From Clostridiales bacterium (lineage in GTDB: Bacteria > Bacillota > Clostridia > Christensenellales > Aristaeellaceae), in the NCBI GenBank assembly GCA_012729115.1, contig JAAYDR010000113.1:14207-78206 (forward strand): a DNA stretch of 64,000 bases. Direction: 5' to 3'. Made by a program: the position numbers and the translations under genes. Below are positions 32,983 to 42,802 of this stretch, one piece after another; within the stretch, counting starts at the first letter, position 1; every line of letters begins with the position of its first letter. The notes beneath the pieces were generated by a model. That model saw only the letters and a list, made by a program, of their open reading frames with translations, did no database searches and was not told the origin of the DNA.

Positions 32983-34728
32983 ATGAAAAAGAGCTCCTTT
33001 GTACGCAGGATCGTAGCGCACATGGCCGTGATGATTGCACTGCTTTTATGTGTGCTGCTTGTTTACACCGCGTCCACCTATACAGCGCTCAAGAGTGAGA
33101 TGCGCCGGGAGGCAGCCGGCTTCCTGCAGGTGTACGGCGGCGAGCTCAAGGGACGTATTGCGCGCATGGACACGGTGCTCAGCGACCTGCTGCTTCAAAA
33201 CCGTACCAACCTGCCGCTTCTCAAAAGCGCCAACGAGTCCAAGCGCTTCTATGCCTCCCAGGATGTGCACAACTACCTGGTCAACGTGCTGCAAGGCGAG
33301 CCCAGCGTCAGCGGACTTGTGGTGGCGGACACAGCCTATGGCATATGCGTGGATGCGGCGGTGGGCTGGCTGGGCTACTGGGACCGGGAAGCGATGCGCG
33401 GCTACACGCTGGAGCGCGCGGAGGGCGGAGGGGGCGGCAATCGCTGGGAGTTCGTCACCCTGGGCGGGCGGACGTACCTGTGCAAGCAATCGGTTTATCA
33501 GGGGCGCGCGGCGGCGGCGTTTGTGGCCACTTCCGATTTTCTGTCCACTGTCCCTGTGGCGGATTATGCCGATCAAACCTTTCTGCTTACGGACGGCCAG
33601 GACAGGCTCATGGATTTCCGGGGCGCTGGGGTGGAGCACGGGCAGCTGGGGCTCATGGCGGACGCCCTGGGCGACCCCTACGCATTGCGCGAGAGCGTTG
33701 AGATCCTGCCGGGGCAGATTGGTCTGACCAGCCTGTCCAGCGGCAGCCTGATCTGGAGCCAGTCCCGTGTGATGATGGCGGTGGTGCTCGCCGTCATCCT
33801 TGTGACGCTGGGGTTTGGTGTGGCGATCATTCGCTTTCTTAGGCGGCAGCTGATCCAGCCCATGGCCGGCATGTCCCGGTGGATGCAGCGGATCCAGCGG
33901 GGCGAGTATGATGCCGGCATCCGGGATGAGTATGGAACGCGGGAGTTTACGCAGCTGAAGGACTCGTTCAACCGTCTGATGGGGGAGATCATGCATATGA
34001 AGATCGAGTCCTACGAGCGGCGCCTGGCGCTGCACGATATGGAGCTGAAGAGCATACGCCTCCAGCTTCGCCCGCACTTTTTCCTCAACGCCATTGCAAC
34101 CATCTCCAGCCTGGGCACACAGGGACGCGCGGGCGAGATCAGGGCCTATGCCGACGCGCTTTCAAAGAATATCCGCTACATGTTCAAATCGGGGCTGCAC
34201 ACGGTTGCGGTGGGCGAGGAAATACGTCACGTGGAAAACTACTTTGACATGCAGGAATGCAGGTACCCGGGACGCATCTTTCATTTCATCGAGCTGCCGC
34301 GGGAGCTGGAAAGCTGGCCCATCCCGCAGATGCTGGTGCAGAGCTTCATCGAGAACGAGTACAAGTACGCCGTGTCGCCGGATTCATTGCTCACCATCCT
34401 GGTGCGGGTGTCGATGGAAAGGTTTCAGGGCGAGGATATGCTGCTCATCCGCATTGAGGATGACGGCAAGGGCTACCCACAGGATGTGCTCCAATACATG
34501 AACGGAGAAGCGCCAAGACCCCATGAGGATGGCGAGCGGGTGGGGCTGTGGGGTGCAAAACGCATGCTCACGCTGATGTATGAGCGGGATGATCTGATCC
34601 GCCTTGAAAACATCCAGCCTCATGGCTGCGTGAACCTGCTGCGCATCCCCGCCGCGCCCAGGCATCAGTTTCTGGAGAATACGGACGGATCGCCATTGGG
34701 CGGGGAGACATCATCATGCGCATCCTGA
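32983..34728 (+). CDS. YesM-like sensor histidine kinase
   Basis: Two TM segments, a HAMP-like region, LQLRPHFFLNAI (His_kinase PF06580-type) and an HATPase region (IRIEDDGKGYP...GERVGLWGAKRML). Confidence 0.9.
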   Translation: MKKSSFVRRIVAHMAVMIALLLCVLLVYTASTYTALKSEMRREAAGFLQVYGGELKGRIARMDTVLSDLLLQNRTNLPLLKSANESKRFYASQDVHNYLVNVLQGEPSVSGLVVADTAYGICVDAAVGWLGYWDREAMRGYTLERAEGGGGGNRWEFVTLGGRTYLCKQSVYQGRAAAAFVATSDFLSTVPVADYADQTFLLTDGQDRLMDFRGAGVEHGQLGLMADALGDPYALRESVEILPGQIGLTSLSSGSLIWSQSRVMMAVVLAVILVTLGFGVAIIRFLRRQLIQPMAGMSRWMQRIQRGEYDAGIRDEYGTREFTQLKDSFNRLMGEIMHMKIESYERRLALHDMELKSIRLQLRPHFFLNAIATISSLGTQGRAGEIRAYADALSKNIRYMFKSGLHTVAVGEEIRHVENYFDMQECRYPGRIFHFIELPRELESWPIPQMLVQSFIENEYKYAVSPDSLLTILVRVSMERFQGEDMLLIRIEDDGKGYPQDVLQYMNGEAPRPHEDGERVGLWGAKRMLTLMYERDDLIRLENIQPHGCVNLLRIPAAPRHQFLENTDGSPLGGETSSCAS

Positions 34729-36293
34729 TTGTGGATGACGACATCGCCACGGTGGATGCCATTCTTTGCACCATCGACTGGGAAGCGCTGGGCGTGGAGG
34801 CGGTGGACACGGCCTACAGCGCGGCGCAGGCGCGCAGGATTCTTCAAAACGGGCAGATTGATCTCATGGTTAGCGATATCGAGATGCCCCAGGGATCCGG
34901 CCTGGAACTGCTCTCCTGGGTGCGCGAAAGGGAGCTGCCGGTGGAGTGCCTGCTGCTCACTTGCCATGAGCGCTTTGATTATGCCGCCAGCGCCGTAAAG
35001 CTGAGCGCCGTGGACTACCTCACCAAGCCCTTTGATGCCGGCATCATGACCCTTTCCATCAAGCGTGCCATCGCTCGTGTCAGGGAGAACAAACGCCTGT
35101 TGGAGGGCAGCCGCTATGGGGAGTGGCGCTCCCAAAACCCCAGGCACGAGGAGCTTAGCTTCTGGCGTTCGCTGCTCAGCGAGGCGGCGGAGCGGGACGA
35201 GCACCAGCTTGGCAGCGAGCTGGAAGCCCGCGCGCTGCCGTTCACGGCGCAGGCCCGGTTCCGGCTGGTAACCGCATGCGTCTCAGAATATGACCGCCCC
35301 ATGCACGAGCTGGGTCGGGAGCTGCTGTTCTACATCCTTGAAAACGCGTTCTCCCGCTGCCTGTGCGGGCAGGAGGAAAACCGGCGCGTGGTGCGGCACT
35401 TGGGCTCCAGCGGCCTGTGGCTGTTCATCGCCGCGGACGACCAGCCGGACAGCGAGCTTTTGGCGCGCTGCCAAAGCGCCATCTCGGCCTGCGCGGATAC
35501 CGCCCGCGTCCGGGTAACATGCTGCGTGGGCGATGCTGCGCCGCTTCCCATGCTGGGCAGCGGGCTGGCAGCCATGCAGGCGCTGGTGGAGCGCAGCGTG
35601 GCCTACTATGGGCAGGCCTTTCTGGAAAGCGAACAAGTCGCGGGAGACGGGGAGACTTCGGTGCTGGATGCCGGCCGGCTTAGCGCCATGCTTACTTCCC
35701 GCGACAAGGTGGCCGTGCTCAACGCCATCAAGCAGGCCCTGGGTGTACGGGCCGCCATGCGCACCCTCAGCGAGCGCACCTTGTATCTGATGAAGCAGGA
35801 GCTGATGCAGGCGGTGTACGCCTATCTGGCGCAGGCAGGCGTGCAGGCAGCGACGCTTTTTCAGGACGAGGCCTCCATCCGGCTCAGTGAGCTCGCCTGC
35901 CGCTCGGCGGTGGATACGCTTCGCTTTGCCAACTATCTGTTGGAACACGCCTTTGCCCGGGAAGACGAGCACCTCAGGTCCAGCGCGCTGACGGAGAAGA
36001 TTGACACCTATCTGCGCAAGCACTACCGGGAGGACATCGGCCGCGCGGAGCTGGCGGCGGAGTTTCATCTGGCTGGGGAGTATCTGGCCAAGCTTTACAA
36101 GAAAAAGACCGGCAAGACATTCAAGGACACGCTTCGCGAGTACCGCATGGAGCAGGCCAAGCGCCTTTTGCGCGACCCGGACGTGCTGATCAGCGATGTG
36201 GCTGCCGAGGCCGGTTATGATAACTTCTCCTATTTTTCAACGTTGTTCAAGAAGGAGACGGGACTAACGCCGCAGGAGTACCGGCGCGGGTGA
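34716..36293 (+). CDS. YesN-like response regulator (receiver + AraC HTH)
   Basis: MRILIVDDD...DLMVSDIEMPQGSGL...DYLTKP receiver. C-terminal AraC HTH (IGRAELAAEFHLAGEYLAKLYKKKTG...ISDVAAEAGYDNFSYFSTLFKKETGLTPQEYR). It overlaps the kinase stop. Confidence 0.92.
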   Translation: MRILIVDDDIATVDAILCTIDWEALGVEAVDTAYSAAQARRILQNGQIDLMVSDIEMPQGSGLELLSWVRERELPVECLLLTCHERFDYAASAVKLSAVDYLTKPFDAGIMTLSIKRAIARVRENKRLLEGSRYGEWRSQNPRHEELSFWRSLLSEAAERDEHQLGSELEARALPFTAQARFRLVTACVSEYDRPMHELGRELLFYILENAFSRCLCGQEENRRVVRHLGSSGLWLFIAADDQPDSELLARCQSAISACADTARVRVTCCVGDAAPLPMLGSGLAAMQALVERSVAYYGQAFLESEQVAGDGETSVLDAGRLSAMLTSRDKVAVLNAIKQALGVRAAMRTLSERTLYLMKQELMQAVYAYLAQAGVQAATLFQDEASIRLSELACRSAVDTLRFANYLLEHAFAREDEHLRSSALTEKIDTYLRKHYREDIGRAELAAEFHLAGEYLAKLYKKKTGKTFKDTLREYRMEQAKRLLRDPDVLISDVAAEAGYDNFSYFSTLFKKETGLTPQEYRRG

Positions 36294-36405
36294 TGGACGA
36301 TCAGGATAAAATAATCCCATTTGTGAAAAGGTTTGACCCGAAATTGATAGCACGGGGCGCATGAGGCGTGATATACTCAAGTTAAATGAAAGGGAGGGAT
36401 CCGCC

Positions 36406-37908
36406 ATGAAACATCATCGCAGGTTATTTCAAGTGCTCGTATCTGCCCTTGTGTGTGTCACCCTGATGGCAGGAATGGTCAGCCTGGCGGCTGCCGAGGG
36501 CCCTTACGACAAGGTGGTTTACGCCTATGCCACCTTCAACAACATCCCCACCGAGGAGGTTCTGGACACGGTGGAGGAAGCAGTCAACCAGATCACGCGC
36601 GGCAAAATCGGCGTGGAGGTCGAGCTGAAGCCCATCGTCATCTGGGAATACTCGTCCCAGGTGAGCCTTGCGCTACAGGGCGGCGAGAAGATCGACGTGT
36701 TCCAGAGCCTGGGCGATCTGAACACCTGCATCAGCACCGGCATGTGCCTGGACATCACCGACATGGTGCCCCTGTACGCCGCTGAAAGCAGGGAACTGAT
36801 TGGCGACGCGTGGCTGGCAGCGTGCAGCCAGAAAGGACGCCTGTACGGTATTCCCACCTACAAGCCCATCGCGCTGACGCCCATGCTGGTGTACCGGCAG
36901 GATATCGCCGATGAGCTCCAGCTGGACATGAGCCAACTCACCAGCGTGTTTGATGTCACCCAGGTGCTGCGCAAAGTCAAGGAAGCGCGCCCGGACATGA
37001 CCCCCCTGGCGGCGGTGAACACCGGCAACATCGGCATCGGCCTGGCCATCCCCGATGTGGACTACCTGACCGACGACTACTACTCCCCCAAGGGCGTGCT
37101 CATGCATGATGAGCTCACGGTGGTGGACTACTACGCCTCCAAGGAGTTTGAGGACATCTGCAACCTCGCGCGCACCTGGTACAATGAGGGGCTTGTGATG
37201 AAGGATGCGGCCACCACCTCCTCCACGGCGGCGGAGCTGATGAGCTCCGGTAACTACTTCGCCTACATCGCCTCCTACAGCTACCCCGAAGCCGATACGG
37301 CGGCCAGCCTGGAAGCACAGACCGGCGGCTATGATCTGGGCGCAAAGATCATCGGCTCGGCGTTCCTGGATACCAGTTCCATCAACGCGCTCTCATGGAT
37401 GGTGGCTTCCACCTCCAATGTGCCCGAGGCAGCCCTCAAGTTCCTCAACCTCACCTTCACCGACCCGGACGTGTGCAACACGATCCTGTACGGCATTGAA
37501 GGACGCGATTATGTGAAGAACGCCGACGGCACCGTAAGCTACCCCGAGGGTCAGGATGCCGCCAGCGTGCCCTACACCGCGCAGCTATCCTGTGGCACAA
37601 TGGGCAATTTCTTCATCATGTATCCCATGGCGGGCACCAGCCTGGAATCGCTGGAGTGGGAACTGGAACAGAATCGCACGGCCAAGACGTCCGTGGCCAT
37701 GGGCTTTACCTTTGACAACAGCTCCGTCAAGACCGAGTACACCGCCGTGACCAATGTAATTGAGCAGTATCTGCCCGGCCTCATCTGCGGCAGCGTGGAT
37801 CCCGCCACGGAGATCCCCGTATTCCTGGAGCGCCTGAAGGAAGCCGGGCTGGGCGAGATCATCGCCAGCAAGCAGGCCCAGCTGAATGATTGGACGGCCG
37901 GCAAGTAA
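36406..37908 (+). CDS. extracellular solute-binding protein, large LplA-type (family 1)
   Basis: ATG 36406 follows AGGGAGGGA. It has a signal peptide ending SLAAAEG. The ~500-aa size and the gene order with LplB/LplC-type permeases support the call. Confidence 0.85.
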   Translation: MKHHRRLFQVLVSALVCVTLMAGMVSLAAAEGPYDKVVYAYATFNNIPTEEVLDTVEEAVNQITRGKIGVEVELKPIVIWEYSSQVSLALQGGEKIDVFQSLGDLNTCISTGMCLDITDMVPLYAAESRELIGDAWLAACSQKGRLYGIPTYKPIALTPMLVYRQDIADELQLDMSQLTSVFDVTQVLRKVKEARPDMTPLAAVNTGNIGIGLAIPDVDYLTDDYYSPKGVLMHDELTVVDYYASKEFEDICNLARTWYNEGLVMKDAATTSSTAAELMSSGNYFAYIASYSYPEADTAASLEAQTGGYDLGAKIIGSAFLDTSSINALSWMVASTSNVPEAALKFLNLTFTDPDVCNTILYGIEGRDYVKNADGTVSYPEGQDAASVPYTAQLSCGTMGNFFIMYPMAGTSLESLEWELEQNRTAKTSVAMGFTFDNSSVKTEYTAVTNVIEQYLPGLICGSVDPATEIPVFLERLKEAGLGEIIASKQAQLNDWTAGK

Positions 37909-37989
37909 AAATACGGACCGATTTCAAGAGGGGCGGCGCGGGATATCCCCCCGCGCCGCCCCTTCCCATGCTACGATTTGAGGAAAGCC

Positions 37990-38910
37990 ATGAAAAACCA
38001 TCGCAAAAAGCGCTTGACCAGGTCATGGCCGCTGCTGGCCATCGCATCGCCGGGAATCATTTATCTGATCATCAACAACTACCTGCCCATGTTCGGCGTT
38101 TTTCTGGCGTTCAAGGATTACAACTATGTCAAGGGCATCTTCGGCAGTGACTGGAACGGATTTGCCAACTTTCGCTTCCTGTTTCGCACACGGGACGCGT
38201 GGACGATGACGCGCAACACTCTGGGCTACAATGCCGCCTTCATCGTGCTGGGCACGGCCGCCGCCATCTTTGTGGCGGTGCTCATCTACGAGCTGGGCTC
38301 GCGGCGCCGCGTCAAGCTGTTTCAGGCTGCCCTGATGCTTCCCAACCTTCTGTCATGGGTCGTCATCGGCTTCATTGCCTATGCGTTCCTCAATGCCGAT
38401 ACGGGCTTTCTCAACAACACTGTTTATCGCGCCTTTGGCTGGGAATCCGTCAGCTGGTACTCCACCCCCGGGCCGTGGCCGTTTCTGCTCACGCTCACGT
38501 ATCTGTGGAAGTTCGTGGGAAGCAGTTCCATCATCTATGTGGCCAGCATAGCCGGGATTGACAAAGGTATTTTCGAGGCTGCGCAGCTGGACGGCGCGTC
38601 CAAGCTGCAGCAGATTGTGCGCGTTACGCTGCCGATGCTCAAGCCCACCGTGGTCATCATGACCCTCATGGCCGTGGGGCGCATCTTCTACAGCGATTTC
38701 GGGCTGTTCTATCAGGTTCCGCAAAACTCCGGGCGGCTGTTTGACGTGACCCAGACCATCGACACCTATGTATATCGGGGTTTGATGGAGCTCAACGACG
38801 TGGGCATGTCCGCTGCAGCCGCCCTGTACCAGTCTGCGGTGGGGTTTGTGCTGGTGGTCGGTGCCAACGCCCTGGTGCGCCGCTTTGATTCAGACAATGC
38901 ATTGTTTTAG
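37990..38910 (+). CDS. ABC transporter permease (LplB-type)
   Basis: 6 TM, with an N-terminus ...SWPLLAIASPGIIYLIINNYLPMFGVFLAFKDY characteristic of LplB-like permeases, and an EAAQLDGAS loop. Confidence 0.9.
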   Translation: MKNHRKKRLTRSWPLLAIASPGIIYLIINNYLPMFGVFLAFKDYNYVKGIFGSDWNGFANFRFLFRTRDAWTMTRNTLGYNAAFIVLGTAAAIFVAVLIYELGSRRRVKLFQAALMLPNLLSWVVIGFIAYAFLNADTGFLNNTVYRAFGWESVSWYSTPGPWPFLLTLTYLWKFVGSSSIIYVASIAGIDKGIFEAAQLDGASKLQQIVRVTLPMLKPTVVIMTLMAVGRIFYSDFGLFYQVPQNSGRLFDVTQTIDTYVYRGLMELNDVGMSAAAALYQSAVGFVLVVGANALVRRFDSDNALF

Positions 38911-38920
38911 GAGGAAGGGT

Positions 38921-39817
38921 ATGAAGAAGCCGATTAGCGACATCAAGCGGTTCCAAGCCTTCTCCACCATCACGCTGGCGGTGCTGTCCGCGCTGACCCT
39001 GCTGCCGATTGTGCTCATCGCGGTGGCATCCGTGACCGACGAAAAGACCCTGGCCGCAGGCGGGTACACGTTCTTTCCGGCCAAGCTGAGCCTGGACAGC
39101 TATTATTACATGGTGAAGCAAGGGCCAATGATTCTCCGCTCCTATGGCGTAACCCTTCTGACCACGGTCTGCGGTACGTTCACCAGCGTGCTGGTAACCG
39201 CGATGCTTGCCTACCCCCTGTCGCGCAAGGATTTCCGTTTTCGGGGAGCGCTTTCGTTCTTCGTTTTCTTCACCATGCTCTTTAACGGCGGTGTGGTGGC
39301 GTCCTATATCATGTGGACGCGGATCTTCAGCATCAAAAACACGCTGCTTGCGCTGATGGTGCCCAACTATCTGGTTACGGCGTTCAACGTGTTTCTGGTG
39401 CGCAACTACTATACCAACAGCATCCCAGACGCAGTGGTGGAGTCCGCGCAGATTGACGGAGCCAGCGAGTTTACCATTTTTGTGCGCATCATGCTGCCCC
39501 TGGCTGTGCCCACGGTGGCCACCATCAGTCTGTTTACAGGGCTTATCTATTGGAACGACTGGATTAACGGCCTGTACTACATCTCCGATTCCAAGCTGTA
39601 TGGCGTGCAGAATCTGCTGATTCGTATCATGAACAATATCCAGTTCCTGAAGGTGGGCAGCAACGCGGCGCTGCTGGGCGTGCAGGCCGTGGAACTGCCG
39701 GGTTCCTCAGTGCGCATGGCAATGGCCGTCGTCGGCATCCTGCCTATTGTGGTGCTGTTTCCGTTTGTGCAGAAGTACTTTGTGAAGGGTGTCGTGCTGG
39801 GCGCGGTCAAGGGCTGA
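38921..39817 (+). CDS. carbohydrate ABC transporter permease (LplC-type)
   Basis: ATG 38921 follows GGAGGAAGGG. It has an ESAQIDGASEF EAA-loop and 6 TM. Confidence 0.9.
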   Translation: MKKPISDIKRFQAFSTITLAVLSALTLLPIVLIAVASVTDEKTLAAGGYTFFPAKLSLDSYYYMVKQGPMILRSYGVTLLTTVCGTFTSVLVTAMLAYPLSRKDFRFRGALSFFVFFTMLFNGGVVASYIMWTRIFSIKNTLLALMVPNYLVTAFNVFLVRNYYTNSIPDAVVESAQIDGASEFTIFVRIMLPLAVPTVATISLFTGLIYWNDWINGLYYISDSKLYGVQNLLIRIMNNIQFLKVGSNAALLGVQAVELPGSSVRMAMAVVGILPIVVLFPFVQKYFVKGVVLGAVKG

Positions 39818-39831
39818 GGGAGAGGGGACGG

Positions 39832-40701
39832 ATGAAAATGACCGTACAGGAGATTATCGACGGGATGATCCAAAAAACGGGCGTCGGGCCGATTCCTTAT
39901 GAGCGCACCTGTGATCGGCTGATGGCAGGCGACCCAACGCGCGAGGTCACGATGATCGCCACCACCTTTATGGCGACCGTGGATGTGATCCGCAGGGCGG
40001 CGGCGCTGGGAGCGCAGTTGATCATCACCCATGAGCCCACCTGGTTTACAGGCGCGGACGATACCATCTGGCTGGCAGGCGACCCGATCTATGAGCAGAA
40101 GAAGGCGCTCATTGAAGAGACGGGCGTGGCGATCTGGCGTTTTCACGACCATATGCACTTTGACCCGGACGACGGCATCTATCGCGGCTTTGACCTGGAA
40201 ACAGGCTGGGCGAAGTACCGTATGCCGCCTGACCCCTCTGCCGGGGTGTTTCCCCCTGCCATGGGCGAGCACTTTGACGGATGCTATCAGATTCCGCCCA
40301 CAACGCTGGGCGCCCTGGCAGCGTTTTTGCAGGAGCGCTTTGAGATGCCCACCATGCGCTACATCGGCGACCCGGACATGCCTGTGGAGCGCGTCAGCCT
40401 GCTGCCCGGCGGCGGCAGCCTGGGCCTGGGCTCAGAGCATATGCCCATGCGGCTGATGAGGGCACGGGCGCTGGATGTGATTGTATGCGGCGATCTGACC
40501 GAGTGGACGCTGCCCGCCTATGTGCGGGATGCGTACCAGCTGGGGCTTTGCAAAGGAATTGTGGTGCTGGGACATGAGCGCAGCGAGGAAGCGGGCATGA
40601 AGCATCTGGGCACATGGATGAAAAGCATCACCGGCGATATCCCGGTGGTGTTCGTAGACTCTGGGGAACCTTTTGGGTATTTCCATACGCAAGGAACATA
40701 A
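39832..40701 (+). CDS. Nif3-like dinuclear metal centre protein
   Basis: The N-terminal pattern ...EVTMIATTFMATVDVIRRAAALGAQLIITHEPTWF and C-terminal GHERSEEAGM are typical of the NIF3/YbgI family. Confidence 0.75.
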   Translation: MKMTVQEIIDGMIQKTGVGPIPYERTCDRLMAGDPTREVTMIATTFMATVDVIRRAAALGAQLIITHEPTWFTGADDTIWLAGDPIYEQKKALIEETGVAIWRFHDHMHFDPDDGIYRGFDLETGWAKYRMPPDPSAGVFPPAMGEHFDGCYQIPPTTLGALAAFLQERFEMPTMRYIGDPDMPVERVSLLPGGGSLGLGSEHMPMRLMRARALDVIVCGDLTEWTLPAYVRDAYQLGLCKGIVVLGHERSEEAGMKHLGTWMKSITGDIPVVFVDSGEPFGYFHTQGT

Positions 40702-40713
40702 GGAGGGCATAGC

Positions 40714-41523
40714 ATGGCTGTATTGCAGGGGGAATATTTTTCGCAGGCCCGGCGGGGCATGGAGAGCTTCACGGCGATTCTGCCCGTGGATCCGCCGCCC
40801 ATGCCGGACGGAACGCCCGGGTATGCAGACCCGCTCTGGCCGACTGTCTATCTGCTGCACGGCTATTCCGGCGGGCGCAGCGATTGGCTTCTTTACAGCA
40901 ATATCGTGCAATGGGCAATGAAGCACCGCTGCGCCGTTGTGATGCCTGACGGCGGCAACCGTTTCTATCTGGACAGTGAGGAAACGGGCGAGCGCTACGG
41001 TGTGATGGTTGGTGAGGAACTGGTGGAGGTGACGCGCCGCATGTTCGCGCTGTCCCGCAGCCGTGAGGATACAGCCATCGCGGGGCTTTCCATGGGCGGC
41101 TTCGGCGCGCTGCGCAACGGCCTCAAATATGCCCAGACCTTTGGCGCGGTAATGGCCCTGTCCTCGGCGCTGATCACCGACGAGGTGGCTGGCATGACGC
41201 CCCAGGGCGGCGGCAATGCCATCGCGCCCTATGGCTATTACCGCAGCACCTTCGGCGAGCCGGAAAAGGTGCTTGGCTCAGACAGGGACCCCAAATGGCT
41301 GGCCCGTCAATGCGAAAGCCGCCCGCGCCTTTTTCTGGCCTGCGGCACGGAGGATTTTCTCTATTCCCAGAATGCGGACTATCACCAGTACCTGCAGGCG
41401 CTGGATTATCCCCATGTGTGGTGGACGCGTGCGGGTGTCCACGATTTCGCCTTCTGGAATCCGTCCATGGAGGCCGCGATGGATTGGTGGAGGGGAGGAA
41501 ATGCCCATGGAGATCCGGCGTGA
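40714..41523 (+). CDS. alpha/beta hydrolase, esterase-D/'putative esterase' family
   Basis: GLSMGGFGAL nucleophile elbow, VYLLHGYSG, and C-terminal GTEDF...GVHDFAFW (Asp/His). Confidence 0.85.
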   Translation: MAVLQGEYFSQARRGMESFTAILPVDPPPMPDGTPGYADPLWPTVYLLHGYSGGRSDWLLYSNIVQWAMKHRCAVVMPDGGNRFYLDSEETGERYGVMVGEELVEVTRRMFALSRSREDTAIAGLSMGGFGALRNGLKYAQTFGAVMALSSALITDEVAGMTPQGGGNAIAPYGYYRSTFGEPEKVLGSDRDPKWLARQCESRPRLFLACGTEDFLYSQNADYHQYLQALDYPHVWWTRAGVHDFAFWNPSMEAAMDWWRGGNAHGDPA

Positions 41524-41926
41524 GAAGCTGATGTCGCTGCATGTCCAGCTGGGAGAAAGCCAGGTGGTGGGCGATGTGCCGGAGGGACGGCTGGTGATCA
41601 TCCCCATTGTTGGCGGCACCTTCCAGGGGCCGCGCCTGAGGGGCAGCATATGCCTGGGAGGAGCAGACTGGAATGTGGCCACCTCTCCCACGGCGGTGCA
41701 TCTGCTGGCCCGCTACTGGCTCAAAACTGACGACGGGCACGTAATCGCTGTGGAAAACGAGGGCTTCTGGGACTCGGCACGGGATGAGGGCGTGCTGCGC
41801 ACCACGCCGCGCTTTCAATGTGACAAAAGCGGCCCCTACGCATTTCTGACAACCGGCTGCTACACGGGCGAGCTGCGCGGCGGCGAGGGGCAATCGGTGG
41901 ACATCGATCTGTGGACGCTGAAATGA
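41501..41926 (+). CDS. DUF3237-family protein
   Basis: ATG 41501 follows AGGGGAGGA and overlaps the esterase 3' end. The sequence ...RLVIIPIVGGTFQGPRLRGSICLGGADW...YWLKTDDGHVIAVENEG matches the DUF3237 pattern. Confidence 0.7.
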   Translation: MPMEIRREKLMSLHVQLGESQVVGDVPEGRLVIIPIVGGTFQGPRLRGSICLGGADWNVATSPTAVHLLARYWLKTDDGHVIAVENEGFWDSARDEGVLRTTPRFQCDKSGPYAFLTTGCYTGELRGGEGQSVDIDLWTLK

Positions 41927-41936
41927 GGACCCAAGG

Positions 41937-42728
41937 ATGAATACGTCGATGGAGCAGCTGCAAAGCCGGGTATGGTGTCTGCGGGATCGGGATGATTGCG
42001 CGGCCTATCTGGTGGTTGGAGATCAAAAGGCGATGATGATCGATACGGGCATGGGCGCGGAGCCCTTGATGCCCCTGGTCCGCAAGATCACCCCCCTGCC
42101 TGCGGAGCTTTTGCTGACCCATGCCCATGGGGACCACTACGGTGCCGCGGGCGAGTTTGGCCGGGTATGGCTGCACGAGCGGGATCTGGCCATCCTTGGG
42201 GATTTGGAGGAGGTTCTTCTTCCCCGGATACCGGTACCCGGCCTTCGCCGCGAGACGCTGGTGCCCTTTGGAGACAGCGCCGTGTTTGACCTGGGGGGCG
42301 AGTGCGTGCATGTGCTGCCCCTGCCCGGGCACACCCCGGGCTCCTGTGTGTTCGCGCTGGAAAATGAACCTGCGGTGTTTTGCGGCGATGCCATCGGCAG
42401 CGGCAATATCGTGCTTATGGCGCTGCCCTTCGCGCTGGGGCTGCGCGAGTATCGCGCGGGCCTGGCCGCTTTCATCCGGCAGGCCGGGGCTTATGGCGGC
42501 TTTGAATGGCTGGGCGGACACTGCGGGCAGGCCGGCGAGCCGGGGAAGCCGGGCTACAACCCGCCCAGGCTGCAGGTAGCGCAGGACATGCTGGCGCTTT
42601 GTGACCGGCTTCTGGCCGGTACGCTCATCGGTGAGCCCGTATGGGAACCGATGCGGCCACAGGGCGACGCGCTTCGGGCATATCATGGTACGGCGGGCAT
42701 GGTCTATCTGCCGCGGCAGCTGGGCTGA
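41937..42728 (+). CDS. MBL-fold metallo-hydrolase
   Basis: LLTHAHGDHYG (HxHxDH) and LPGHTPGS motifs. Confidence 0.85.
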   Translation: MNTSMEQLQSRVWCLRDRDDCAAYLVVGDQKAMMIDTGMGAEPLMPLVRKITPLPAELLLTHAHGDHYGAAGEFGRVWLHERDLAILGDLEEVLLPRIPVPGLRRETLVPFGDSAVFDLGGECVHVLPLPGHTPGSCVFALENEPAVFCGDAIGSGNIVLMALPFALGLREYRAGLAAFIRQAGAYGGFEWLGGHCGQAGEPGKPGYNPPRLQVAQDMLALCDRLLAGTLIGEPVWEPMRPQGDALRAYHGTAGMVYLPRQLG

Positions 42729-42802
42729 GCCCGGGCCGCTCAATTGACAAGCCGGTAAGGCCAATTTATAATGATGCATAGATGAATGCTCGGAGGGATC
42801 AT

